Part shown: one piece after another, positions 19,984 to 29,230 of the stretch
Layout: each line of letters begins with the position of its first letter
How positions within the stretch are numbered: position 1 is the first letter of the stretch
From: Anaerolineales bacterium UBA3082
GTDB lineage: Bacteria; Chloroflexota; Anaerolineae; UBA7937
Assembly: GCA_002366595.1 (NCBI GenBank)
Contig: DFBK01000011.1
Coordinates: 13,540-77,539, forward strand
Direction: 5' to 3'
Length of the DNA: 64,000 nucleotides
The notes under the pieces: model-generated
The model's input: the letters and a program-made list of their open reading frames with translations, nothing else
The model's database searches: none
Told to the model about the DNA's origin: nothing
Made by a program: the position numbers and the translations under genes

Positions 19984-20575
19984 AAAGCGTAACAGAGAAC
20001 TCATCCACTCCAGATTATATCCCATCTCAACGGAAAGATAAAGTTCGCCACGCGCCTCTGAGGAAAGTCACTATGTATCCAAGAATACAGACTAGGTCGA
20101 AGAAGAGGCAGGTGACCAATGTGGGGAATCCGAGGTGGTGCCAGCGCGAGGGGATTATCTCCCTCAGCCCCACCATGAATAAGGTGGCCATGGGAACGAT
20201 AGCCACATAGAGGTATCGAGCATGAGGGAAATGGGAGGAGGGGCCAACGAGGGAAGAACCGAGCGACGAGGCGCAAAAGAGAACTCGTTCACTCGAGATT
20301 ATACCCCATCCCGGCGAAAGGACAAAGTTCGCTACGCGCCTCCGAAGAAAGGCACCACATATCCGAGGAGACAGATTGTGTCGAAGAGGAAGAAAGAGGT
20401 GAGAAAGAGGGGGAATCCAAGGTGGTGCCGGTGCGAGGGGATTATCTCCCTCAGCCCGACCATGAACAAAGTGGCCATGGGAACGATAGCCACATAGAGG
20501 TATCGAGCATGAGGGAAATCGAGGCGAGCATGAGGGAAATCGGAGGAGGGGTCAAGAGGGTGTGTCCGAAGAACC
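19984..20575. repeat. Tandem direct duplication (~290 bp x 2) covering the 3' end of the downstream GT-C-like gene plus an intergenic relic copy
   Basis: Copy 1 (~19984-20270) and copy 2 (~20271-20575) align colinearly, sharing e.g. 'gagaactc.tccactc.agattata.cccatc', 'aaagttcgc.acgcgcctc.ga.gaaag', 'ggtggtgcc.g.gcgaggggattatctccctcagccc.accatgaa.aa.gtggccatgggaacgatagccacatagaggtatcgagcatgagggaaat', with small indels. Copy 2 also contains an internal 21-bp tandem duplication ('agcatgagggaaatcgaggcg' / 'agcatgagggaaatcggagga') encoding an in-frame 'ARLDFPH' x 2 in the protein. Confidence 0.85.
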
Positions 20576-21885
20576 ACCATAATTAAGGTGATCGCTGCGC
20601 AGGCGAAGAGATAGAGTAGGCTCTTGAGTTGCCAGGAAGCCAGACGCTGCTTCCCATTTCTCCATGCTCTGGCAGCGAGGAGGGCCAAGCCGGCTATGGA
20701 AGCGATATTGACTGTGGCTAGCACAAGGTACCATGGAGCATCCAGTCCCAGGTAGCGCACTCCGAAGCGTGCCCAAAAGGTCTCGAACAATAATTGCATC
20801 CCGGAGAGATAGAGTTGCCGGTACTGGATTGACTTCCGCCAATGCTCCAGGGAGTGAACGATCTTCGGAGCGTAACGGAAATGCAACCAATCCTCAGCGA
20901 CCCGATAGACCCAGGGTTTTAGATCCCAGCTGAGTGTGTTTGTCTCCGACATGGCCTCTCCAGCCCGGAAATCGACCGCCATAGCGATGATCCCTACCCC
21001 CATGGCTACCACGAGCCCGAGAAAGGCCCACCGCCAAGCACGGGACCTCGAAGCGATCCTTCCGGGAAGGGATAAAAGGAGGCCGGCTCCCGCGAAGGGG
21101 ATCATCACCAGCGCACTTGACTTGGTCCAGATACCGAGAGGTATCAAAAGGCCAAGGGAGAGACTTGACCAGAAGGAGATCCCGCACTTGAAGGACCTCA
21201 CCGAGAGATAGACGAAGAGGCTACAGATGAGTTCCGCTAAGTGATCATTGTTGATGGTGCTGGTCATGAAGGTATGGGCGGGTATGAAGAGTACAAGGGT
21301 GGGGATGCCAAGGGTTAGGAAGGGCTCTTTGGGGAAAAGCTCCCTAGCCGTCAAGAAGGCAACGAGTACCACCAGGGTGCTCAAGGCCACCGAAACGAGG
21401 CGCGCCGCGTAAGCCTGGGTAGCCACATCTTGCTCTTCCAGTGGAGCGAGGAGAAGCGCGTTGAGGAGGTAGTAGGATGGGGAATGAGACAACTGGCTAG
21501 GGCCTGGGATATCGGGCGGTTGAGGGGCGATGCGTGCCTCTGGTGGAACAAAGGCAGCCGGTTGATAACGGCCAACGTCCTGCTCGATCATCGAGGCGAC
21601 GATCTCCCTACTCACAGAGGGGAAGATATCCCCTTCCTGGGGCAGACTTCGCCTCTCCAAGATGAGTTTGACATATTCGAAATGAGAGGGCTCATCTGGG
21701 GCTTGCCATAGAGGTACAACACTACTATATATCACACCCCGAACCATGGCTAAGGCTAGAAGAAGTACGAGGGGCTTGATTCGACCATCTTGGAGGTGCT
21801 TCATACCAGAATACTCGCTACGATTCTTGAGCGCTGAAGTATGATCACATTCCACGCGATAGACGGATGAGCCGCCTTCTCGCAA
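20332..21885 (-). CDS. Polytopic membrane protein, GT-C-like/DUF2142-like putative glycosyltransferase
   Basis: Multiple TM helices. The first extracytoplasmic loop carries the acidic motif 'WQAPDEPSHFEY', and GT-C enzymes typically carry a D/E-rich motif in loop 1. The C-terminal ~70 aa are encoded inside the tandem repeat. The likely start is the internal 'MKHLQDG' near 21804. Confidence 0.55.
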   Translation of the reverse strand: MREGGSSVYRVECDHTSALKNRSEYSGMKHLQDGRIKPLVLLLALAMVRGVIYSSVVPLWQAPDEPSHFEYVKLILERRSLPQEGDIFPSVSREIVASMIEQDVGRYQPAAFVPPEARIAPQPPDIPGPSQLSHSPSYYLLNALLLAPLEEQDVATQAYAARLVSVALSTLVVLVAFLTARELFPKEPFLTLGIPTLVLFIPAHTFMTSTINNDHLAELICSLFVYLSVRSFKCGISFWSSLSLGLLIPLGIWTKSSALVMIPFAGAGLLLSLPGRIASRSRAWRWAFLGLVVAMGVGIIAMAVDFRAGEAMSETNTLSWDLKPWVYRVAEDWLHFRYAPKIVHSLEHWRKSIQYRQLYLSGMQLLFETFWARFGVRYLGLDAPWYLVLATVNIASIAGLALLAARAWRNGKQRLASWQLKSLLYLFACAAITLIMVVLRTHPLDPSSDFPHARLDFPHARYLYVAIVPMATLFMVGLREIIPSHRHHLGFPLFLTSFFLFDTICLLGYVVPFFGGA

Positions 21886-21899
21886 AGGGTTGTCTTTGG

Positions 21900-23519
21900 T
21901 TATACTGGCTTCGCTCTTGGAAGACGAAGGGTCGCGTCTTTGTCCCTTAAGCGTATTCTGTAGATCTCAGGTTCCTCTCGATACAACGTCAGCTCATAGT
22001 TACTTCGCAAAATCTCCAGGCTGTTCCAGAAAGAGGGGGAGAGATCTTTTACATAATAGACCGGGATGTCATGAAGTAAAAGGACATCTATAGCTTCTAC
22101 CAAGCCAGGTTCCAATTCTTCTACCCTATACCTCCCAAGTCGTGGGTCTGCGGTGGGAATCCGGCGATAATTCAGGGCAGACCGTTGGCCATGGAAGATG
22201 ATTAAATCATTATATGCATACGACAGGAAGACCGCATTTCCTTCAGTTCCGTTGACAAACTCCTGCACGTATTGAACCAGAGACTCAGCGGTCTTGTTTC
22301 TCTGTCTAACCTCTATCAGAGTTTGATAGGCTGGGTAGATGATCAAGGCGAGGATGAGGGAGACGCAAATCACAGCTAGCAACCCAGTTGCCACTTTCCG
22401 TTGGAAGAGATAGACGATGCCATGCGAGATCACGAGAGAGACCATGGGCAGGATGGGCAGGAGAAAGCGAGCATTGATGCCCGTTGGCGCGAAGGCGTAG
22501 AAGCCGTAGAAGGTCAGAATAACCAGCGATATTCCTGTTATGAGTATGGCCTGTGGCCGGGGCATGGCTAGTAGACCTATGGCACCCCAAAGTAGCAATA
22601 CCTGATAATTGCGGAGGATGGTTTTCGCTCCCTCCACGAGGCTTCTACCACCCACTGGAGAACTACCCAATGCGTACCTCCAGTCGAATGCAGGCCAAGG
22701 ATACCACCCATGTTGGGGACTATAGGCTGTGGTTAGGAAGCCACCGTAGTAGTATCTGTTGTAGAGAAGAATGGTAGTGGCAGTGAGCGTCAACGCCACG
22801 AAGAGGCCACAATCTGCAGGGTCCTTGAACGCTTTCCATCGTCTAGCATACAGAGCATAGGCTAGAATGGGAAGCCATATAGTCATCGCGCTATAGCGTA
22901 TGAAACAGGCATATCCCAGTAGCAACCCGCCGAGCAACGACACTCCAAACCTGAGCCTGCCCCTGTAGCGCTGAGCATAGAGGTACAAGACCAGCCCCCA
23001 CAGAATAAAGGTCAGACTGGGCACTCCCGACCAGGCATCCGTGGAGAAGAAAACGTAAGTGGGAGTAGCGGCTAGCAGCATTGCGGCAACGATGCCGACC
23101 TGGAAGTTGAAGAGGAGTGCCCCCAGGACAAATGTGGCAAAGATGCCTAGGATGCCGAAGAAAGGGGCTACGTAGAAAGCAACGTGAGGCGTCTTGAAAA
23201 GAGATTGGGCCAAGGCCAGGAGCAGGGGAAACCCGATGCTGAATCCCAGATAGAAGTCGGGATCCCCCGGTCTCCGCACTTGGAAAGCATATGGGGAAAA
23301 GTAAGGACCGGCCAACTGGTTGTTGTCATCGTGATAGGATGGGCGGCGGACTTCGACCAGCCTCTGACTGGCATAGAGGTACCCTATCTGGTCATGACCC
23401 TCCATGACGGTCTTTGCGTGGGAGAGGTACAGAAGAGCAGCGATGAGGAGGAGTACACCAATCGATGCGATATGGTGAGGACTGTATTGTGTCCTTCCAA
23501 GAGGCCTGGAGGAGATCAC
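21900..23519 (-). CDS. Polytopic membrane protein, GT-C-like (ArnT/PMT-family-like) putative glycosyltransferase
   Basis: 539 aa with ~12-14 hydrophobic helices ('IGVLLLIAALLYL', 'VAFYVAPFFGILGIFATFVLGALLF', ...). An early loop carries 'DQIGYLYASQRL'. The C-terminal ~100 aa form a soluble domain. Confidence 0.5.
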   Translation of the reverse strand: MISSRPLGRTQYSPHHIASIGVLLLIAALLYLSHAKTVMEGHDQIGYLYASQRLVEVRRPSYHDDNNQLAGPYFSPYAFQVRRPGDPDFYLGFSIGFPLLLALAQSLFKTPHVAFYVAPFFGILGIFATFVLGALLFNFQVGIVAAMLLAATPTYVFFSTDAWSGVPSLTFILWGLVLYLYAQRYRGRLRFGVSLLGGLLLGYACFIRYSAMTIWLPILAYALYARRWKAFKDPADCGLFVALTLTATTILLYNRYYYGGFLTTAYSPQHGWYPWPAFDWRYALGSSPVGGRSLVEGAKTILRNYQVLLLWGAIGLLAMPRPQAILITGISLVILTFYGFYAFAPTGINARFLLPILPMVSLVISHGIVYLFQRKVATGLLAVICVSLILALIIYPAYQTLIEVRQRNKTAESLVQYVQEFVNGTEGNAVFLSYAYNDLIIFHGQRSALNYRRIPTADPRLGRYRVEELEPGLVEAIDVLLLHDIPVYYVKDLSPSFWNSLEILRSNYELTLYREEPEIYRIRLRDKDATLRLPRAKPV

Positions 23520-23648
23520 AATTCACCCCGATGATAAGCCGAGGAAGCAGGCTTGGGATTATTTTTAGGCAAGATAACGCCCGCCTCTCCACACGCTTGG
23601 GCCCGAGGTGGGAACCGTCCACCATGGTACAAGGAATCTCCGAGGGAG

Positions 23649-25067
23649 TCAAGGATAGGCTTCGACATAGATAGGGCTGGGACCAATGGCCACGGTCACC
23701 AAGCCGTCCTCTATGCCTGTATCGTCGCTCCCGTCCGTCAGTATGCGCTCTGTCCCGTACTTGTCCACGACGCGTAACTGACCAGAAGGGAGGTATGTCA
23801 CCGGAAAGCCCATGAGTCTCGTTTGCTCTGAGGTCCATAACACCACCTTTTTCGTCGTGCCACCTCGGAGTGAGAATACGTGACCTTCGATGTCAGCATG
23901 GCCTGTCTCGATGCTGTCCATCTGCCGGAGGTACCTGGCCCCCGCCAGTTCCTCCGTCAAGGTCTCATAGGCAAGATAGGCCGGCTTGGGGGTGCCGCTT
24001 TGGTCGAGAAGAGCACTATGATAGAACCCGGGCCATTCGAGGGTGAACCAGATGATGGATTCGAGGTCCGTGGACATCCCACGCACGTTGAGGATGGGGA
24101 CGTAGTCGGCCTGGGTCTCCAGATCGGCGGCGCTACAAGGAGAGTCCACCGGAAAACATCGCTTGGCCGTCTCGGTGAGGATCAGAGGCTTATCGTATCC
24201 ATGCTGCACCAGGGTATCCCTTATGATAGCAGCCTTGCCCAACAGTCCCTTTGTGGTGCATTGGGGAGGGTCGAAACAGGTGTACCCCTCGTTGATCTGC
24301 TCCGCGTAGAAGTGGAAACTGACGATGTCGAAGTAGTCGCCTCCACCTTCCTCCATTACTTGGTCTAGGAAATCGAGGTTTACACTTCCGACCATGGCCA
24401 GACCGCCCAGGAGGATCTGAGCCTCAGGATCCAACGCCTTAACGGTGTCATGCGCTACTGTGAGAAGGCTCACATACTCGGGGATATCGCTCCCCATGCA
24501 GCCTATGGTACCGGTCTCCCGCCAATTGTCGGGTTCATTGTATATCTCCCAATATTTCACGTTATAGGGGCTATCCTTGTAGCGGCTGACGGCTGCGCTA
24601 AGGAAATCGGCCAGATATTGATTATCGTAGAGTGGTCCGCAGTCGGTAGTCGCAGCCCAACTAGTAGGGTTCTTCCAGATATAGACGATGGGGGTGAGCC
24701 CTGCTTCGGCTACTTTGGCCAACCTATCGTCATAGATGTCCCAGTTGTAACTACCCTTAGTTGGCTCCACCTCATCCCACCTTAGGTTAACGCGAATCCA
24801 TTTCATTCTGGCCTCTGTAGCCCTGGAGAGGAGTTGATAATCGTGAGTCTCGGTACCAAAGGGCGCGACCCAACTGGGATCGTGGTACTTTGTCACTAGT
24901 GGGAGGTAGGCTGTGGTGGTGAGGCCTTCCGTAGCCACAACTTGGCTCTGGTTCTCCGTCGCATGAGGGTGTGCGGAGTTGACGGATGCGCTCAGTGACA
25001 GTATTACCAGAACGACTGCCGAAAGAAGGTATGCCCCTGCCCATTTTCCTGCTGATTTTCCTCTCAC
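23649..25067 (-). CDS. Secreted glycoside hydrolase, clan GH-A TIM-barrel (GH5/GH39-like)
   Basis: N-terminal signal/anchor ('AYLLSAVVLVILSLSASVNSA'). 'IRVNLRWDEVEPTKGSYNWDIYDDRL' matches the beta-strand 3/4 region of GH-A enzymes. 'YWEIYNEPDNW' contains the NEP acid/base catalytic glutamate signature. Confidence 0.75.
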   Translation of the reverse strand: MRGKSAGKWAGAYLLSAVVLVILSLSASVNSAHPHATENQSQVVATEGLTTTAYLPLVTKYHDPSWVAPFGTETHDYQLLSRATEARMKWIRVNLRWDEVEPTKGSYNWDIYDDRLAKVAEAGLTPIVYIWKNPTSWAATTDCGPLYDNQYLADFLSAAVSRYKDSPYNVKYWEIYNEPDNWRETGTIGCMGSDIPEYVSLLTVAHDTVKALDPEAQILLGGLAMVGSVNLDFLDQVMEEGGGDYFDIVSFHFYAEQINEGYTCFDPPQCTTKGLLGKAAIIRDTLVQHGYDKPLILTETAKRCFPVDSPCSAADLETQADYVPILNVRGMSTDLESIIWFTLEWPGFYHSALLDQSGTPKPAYLAYETLTEELAGARYLRQMDSIETGHADIEGHVFSLRGGTTKKVVLWTSEQTRLMGFPVTYLPSGQLRVVDKYGTERILTDGSDDTGIEDGLVTVAIGPSPIYVEAYP

Positions 25068-25127
25068 GGTTCTAGACTGCTCCTCTGCCCGATCTCTAGG
25101 AACGCGGCTCCAACTTGGCCGCGGATG

Positions 25128-26543
25128 CTAGTACGCTCCCTTTTGTTTCAGTACGGCTCCGATAGTCATGCATAGGATTTGGATGTCGAGAAGGAGAGAC
25201 CAATGTTGGATATAGTAGAGATCGTCCTCAGTGTGAAGATGCATAGGTCTATCGCTTCGCCCGTGGACCTGCCACCAGCCGGTGATCCCCTGGGGCACAG
25301 AAAAGCGTTTTAGTTGCCACTGCTCGTAGCGATCCACCAGCCAGGGCATCTCGGGACGGGGACCCACCAGGCTCATCTCGCCTTTGAGGACATTGAAAAG
25401 CTGGGGCAATTCGTCTAGGCTCATGCGTCGCAGAAACCGGCCCAGTCGTGTGACTCGGGGATCGTTCTCCACCTTATGGATGATCTCGCCATCCTCAGTT
25501 TGGGTGAGTACCTCGTCGAGGCGTTCCTCGGCGTCGGGGACCATAGTGCGGAATTTGTACATCTGGAAGGGTTTACAGTTCTCGCCCACTCGCTCTTGCT
25601 TGAAGATCGCTGGCCCCTTGGAGCCAAGTTTGATGAGAAGGGCTATCAAGGCTATCAAGGGGGCAAGAAAAAGGATCAATATGGTCGCCACTATCAGATC
25701 GAAGGCTCGTTTCACCACCCTCTGGTAACCATTGATGGCTGGCTCGCGCAGATTGATCAGGGGTAGACCACCGAAATGTTCAGTCGTGGCTTGGAAAAAG
25801 GCTAGGTCGAAGAAATCGGGGACCACTCTCACATTCACCGGCAGCCTTTGAAGGTCAATGACTAGGTTCACCAACTTGCGATGGGCCCGCAGCGGGAGAG
25901 CAAAGACCACTTCATCCACTTTATGCTCTTTCACCACCCGACACGTATTCCCCAACCCCCCTAAAATGGGCAGATCTGCACAGATCTTCTCCTGCTTTGG
26001 GGCTTCGTCATCAAGGAAGCCGATCAATCTTAAACCGGCCTCTCGACCTTCCTTCATAATCCGGCCTACCTTACGGCCCGCCTTGCCCGCCCCGATGATC
26101 AGAACCCTCGTAGTTCCGTACCTTCGTCCCACCGCAACTCTGAATATCAGGCGCAAAAAGAGCCGGAAGATGAGGAGAAGAGCCAAGTCGATGGCCACGA
26201 AGTAGACGAAGAGCAAACGAGATAGGTCGCGATAGGAGAGATAGAGGGCCCCTGCAAGGGCAAAACTGGCCATCGAGACGGCTACTGGGATGATCCGGAG
26301 TTCGTCAACCGCCTTGAGAACTCGCACGTTATTATAGACGGATAGGAGAACAAAGGTCAAGAGCCAGATGGCCAGGGCTAAGCCGTAGATTTGAGGGCCT
26401 AGTCGGGTGCCCTCAGGAAGCAAAGGCTTCCCCCAGGGGAGATGCCTGCGAGCCAGGCAGGCTAGATAGAGGGATAGTTGGGTCAAGGCGAGATCGCAGG
26501 CAACCAGGAAGATGACGAAGTTAACGCTGGCCCTTCTGGGCAT
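25128..26543 (-). CDS. Polyprenyl-phosphate sugar-1-phosphate transferase, large WbaP/EpsB-type initiating phosphoglycosyltransferase
   Basis: N-terminal 4-5 TM helices and a central Rossmann-like 'VLIIGAGKAGRKVGR'. The C-terminal Bac_transf domain reads 'KRAFDLIVATILILFLAPLIALIALLIKLGSKGPAIFKQERVGENCKPFQMYKFRTM...DELPQLFNVLKGEMSLVGPRP'. Confidence 0.9.
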   Translation of the reverse strand: MPRRASVNFVIFLVACDLALTQLSLYLACLARRHLPWGKPLLPEGTRLGPQIYGLALAIWLLTFVLLSVYNNVRVLKAVDELRIIPVAVSMASFALAGALYLSYRDLSRLLFVYFVAIDLALLLIFRLFLRLIFRVAVGRRYGTTRVLIIGAGKAGRKVGRIMKEGREAGLRLIGFLDDEAPKQEKICADLPILGGLGNTCRVVKEHKVDEVVFALPLRAHRKLVNLVIDLQRLPVNVRVVPDFFDLAFFQATTEHFGGLPLINLREPAINGYQRVVKRAFDLIVATILILFLAPLIALIALLIKLGSKGPAIFKQERVGENCKPFQMYKFRTMVPDAEERLDEVLTQTEDGEIIHKVENDPRVTRLGRFLRRMSLDELPQLFNVLKGEMSLVGPRPEMPWLVDRYEQWQLKRFSVPQGITGWWQVHGRSDRPMHLHTEDDLYYIQHWSLLLDIQILCMTIGAVLKQKGAY

Positions 26544-26570
26544 CTAACTTCTCCATTCGATGATGAAACT

Positions 26571-26909
26571 CTACAGAGCCTCGTTCCGCTCCATCGATTC
26601 TCGGAGCAATGTAGCCACATGATCACTCATGAGAACGAATTGACAGTCGGGATGCTTGCTCTTTAAGCCGTCGAGGATCCCCCAGTGCTGTTTGATCACC
26701 GGCATCTTGGTCTCCACGGCTAATAGATGAGGTCTCTCGCTCTCGAAAAGGCGCAGGAACTCCTCACAACTTTGCTTTTCGGCGATGCCATCATTCCAAA
26801 TAACTTCGAAGTCATCATGGGCCAAGAGCGTGGCCGCCATGGCCGTCACAGGGGGATAGATAAATGAAAGCAGATGAGACCATTGGAACTGCCGGTTCTG
26901 AGTCGACAC
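26571..26909 (-). CDS. Hypothetical small protein (112 aa) with Rossmann/B12-binding-like pattern, possibly a domain fragment
   Basis: The alternating hydrophobic/charged pattern 'AATLLAHDDFEVIWNDG...EEFLRLFESERPHLLAVETKMPV...KSKHPDCQFVLMSDHVATLL' resembles a flavodoxin-like / B12-binding fold. No partner catalytic domain is present downstream. Confidence 0.3.
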   Translation of the reverse strand: MSTQNRQFQWSHLLSFIYPPVTAMAATLLAHDDFEVIWNDGIAEKQSCEEFLRLFESERPHLLAVETKMPVIKQHWGILDGLKSKHPDCQFVLMSDHVATLLRESMERNEAL

Positions 26910-26949
26910 CGGGCTATCTTTCCCTTAAAGAGGTGAGAACCGATATGGT

Positions 26950-27699
26950 TTATCGATCTTCGCCTTTGCCTTCAGCGAACCTCTGCTGCAACACCCGTAG
27001 AATGAAAAGGGGATTACCAATTAGGTATCGCCGCCACATCCGTCTGGGTTCCACCATCAATCTGAAAAGCCATTCCATCCCGTGGTCTAGCATCCATCTG
27101 GGGGCCCGAGGCACCTTCTCAGCCACGAAGTCGACCAGAGCGCCTACCCCCCACACGACGGCAACATCCAAGACGGCGAAATTATTCTCTATCCATCTCT
27201 CCTGCAAAGGTGTACCCAGGCCTACAAAAAGGATGTCGGGCTTCCGCTTGTTGATCTCTCCAACGACCTTGGCATCATCGTCGAAATATCCGTGGTGTGT
27301 CCCAGCGATGGCCAGACGGGGGTATCGCGACTTCAACCTCTCAGCTGCTTTGGCCGCTACGCCTGGCTCCCCTCCCAATAGGTAGGTAGAGATTCCCTTC
27401 TTTTCGCAAGTCTCGCTAAGGTAGTAGATCCAGTCCGCACCGGTCATCCTCTCCGGCAACTCTTCACCCAATAGGCGAGCCCCCAGTTTGACCCCTGCTC
27501 CATCGCAATAGAGTAGATCCGCGGAATTGAGGATCCGCCTCAACTCCGGGTCTTCCCAGGCTGAGTTAAGGGAGTGGACGTTGGCGTACATCACCTTGTG
27601 CTTCTTGCCGGAAAGAACAAAGGCCTCAATCTGCTCCTCAAAGCCCCTCGAATCCAAACGGTCGACTTTGACCCCTAATATCTCCACGCGATCACCCAC
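26950..27699 (-). CDS. Glycosyltransferase family 26 (WecB/TagA/CpsF family)
   Basis: 'VEILGVKVDRLDSRGFEEQIEAFVLSGKKHKVMYANVHSLNSAWEDPELRRILNSADLLYCDGAGV' matches the WecG/TagA-family core. The size (249 aa) is typical. Confidence 0.85.
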   Translation of the reverse strand: MGDRVEILGVKVDRLDSRGFEEQIEAFVLSGKKHKVMYANVHSLNSAWEDPELRRILNSADLLYCDGAGVKLGARLLGEELPERMTGADWIYYLSETCEKKGISTYLLGGEPGVAAKAAERLKSRYPRLAIAGTHHGYFDDDAKVVGEINKRKPDILFVGLGTPLQERWIENNFAVLDVAVVWGVGALVDFVAEKVPRAPRWMLDHGMEWLFRLMVEPRRMWRRYLIGNPLFILRVLQQRFAEGKGEDR

Positions 27700-28041
27700 A
27701 GAGCCTTACCCTTATGATATTCTCCTCTAAACCTTTGCGGGGCGGCTAGATACACAGTTCACCTTCTAATCTTATGGCTGCGCGGGGCCAAACCTAGAAG
27801 CGATGTAAGCAGCCAAGGCCCGCTCCAGATACCGCGGTTCCTTCCGCCACTGATAGATGGTTCTTACCCGCCAATAGGTGTTGCTAATTCCCCTCTCTTG
27901 AAAAAGGCTTCCAGTTCAATGGCCTTCTGGCACGCCTCCAGCGCCTCGTCAGCCTGCCCAACGGGACGATAATTCTCGAAATATAGAGGTGGACCTCTGA
28001 GGGAACCTTCTCGTGCTATCACCTATCGCCTGGGCCGTGGC

Positions 28042-28908
28042 CTACAGATCCTGGGAGATCAGGAAATCGATAACGCGCAGGCCCTTCTCTTCAGGCCAGA
28101 TTTCCTCCTCCACCAGCAGGGGAACCAGATCCGGAAGGTAGCCGTAGAGGCGCATATCACCCCAGGTCGCTATTTCGACCTCACGCAGCTGTTGATATAA
28201 TCCCTGGGCCAGGAGTTTTTCGCCTTCCCCCATAGTCTCGCAGATCTTAGCGAAGTGATAGAGAGCATAGGGGTTATAGGGGTCTATGTTTAGGATCTTC
28301 TGCAGCACCGGAAGGGCTCTATTGGGGTCACCGGCCTTGAGATAGGCATCGGCCAGTTTAAGGTAGTTCACCTCCGCCCTCTCTCCCACACTACTACCCC
28401 CCAACTTCATCTGACTTCTCTCGTACTGGGCTATCGCCTCCTCGGCCAAGCCAAGGCCATCGTAGATATCGCCTATTGTGAGGTGAATCAGTGGGTCACG
28501 AGGCCGCAACTCATCCACTTTAGAGAGCGCATCTATGGCGAGGAGAAGATCCCCTTGCAGGTAGTGGGCTTTGGCCATAGTATTGTAGGCTTCAGCGTTG
28601 GTGGCATCCCACTTCATAGCCCGTCGCAGATAGCCTGCGCTTGAGTCCAGTTTGGCCTGTAGACCATTCGAGTGAAGGTTAATGGGCGTAAAGGTTATGA
28701 CCTCCCACTCGCTGGATTCCAGCCCTTGCTCTTTCAGTGTTTTCTCTAATATGTTGCTGCCTTGGTACAAGTAAAAGCCACTGGCAAGATAAGGCCAGAT
28801 CAATAGCGCCAGTGCCAGGAGAAGGCCAGCGTTGGCTAGGAGAAGAAACCTCTTCACTAGTGTCGGGAATCCAGTCGAGAGGCTGGCAAGTACCTGGTGA
28901 GAACTCAT
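28042..28908 (-). CDS. Membrane-anchored tetratricopeptide (TPR) repeat protein
   Basis: N-terminal TM ('LLLANAGLLLALALLIWPYL') followed by TPR-like helical hairpins ('AEAYNTMAKAHYLQGDLLLAIDALSKV', 'LIHLTIGDIYDGLGLAEEAIAQYERS', 'NYLKLADAYLKAGDPNRALPVLQKIL', 'PYALYHFAKICETMGE'). Confidence 0.75.
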   Translation of the reverse strand: MSSHQVLASLSTGFPTLVKRFLLLANAGLLLALALLIWPYLASGFYLYQGSNILEKTLKEQGLESSEWEVITFTPINLHSNGLQAKLDSSAGYLRRAMKWDATNAEAYNTMAKAHYLQGDLLLAIDALSKVDELRPRDPLIHLTIGDIYDGLGLAEEAIAQYERSQMKLGGSSVGERAEVNYLKLADAYLKAGDPNRALPVLQKILNIDPYNPYALYHFAKICETMGEGEKLLAQGLYQQLREVEIATWGDMRLYGYLPDLVPLLVEEEIWPEEKGLRVIDFLISQDL

Positions 28909-29230
28909 CGCTTTTCTTCCTTTATTCTCCCCCTGTCTGGAGAGCCTTGATACTCGATTCCGAAGGCGCCAAAAACCCTTACCATCACCACGACCACTCC
29001 GGCGATGGCTGTGTTCAGCCTCTTCTTGGGCACTATAGGAGATCTAGGCTCCACAGCGGGAATGGCGAAGCGGGGCACTGACCCTAGAAGGTGCCCGACA
29101 AGAATATCCCCGCTAGCAAGGCCTAATACTCCCTTGAGGATAGGAGATGCCACGGAGGTGGTGACGTCCAGCCTGAGGAATAGAGAATCTGCGGTAGGAG
29201 TATGCGACGCCAAACGAGAGGGTTGTGAAA

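Noticed and set aside
25641-25660. 10-bp tandem 'ggctatcaag ggctatcaag' inside the WbaP-like gene
   Set aside because: Two copies only, inside a coding region and consistent with a simple 'LIALIAL' peptide repeat. Not a meaningful repeat element.
26571-26909. Possibility that the 112-aa Rossmann/B12-binding-like ORF is the N-terminus of a radical-SAM or GT4 gene
   Set aside because: There is no room for a partner catalytic domain: the WbaP gene starts 28 bp downstream. It is kept only as a low-confidence hypothetical fragment rather than assigned a function.
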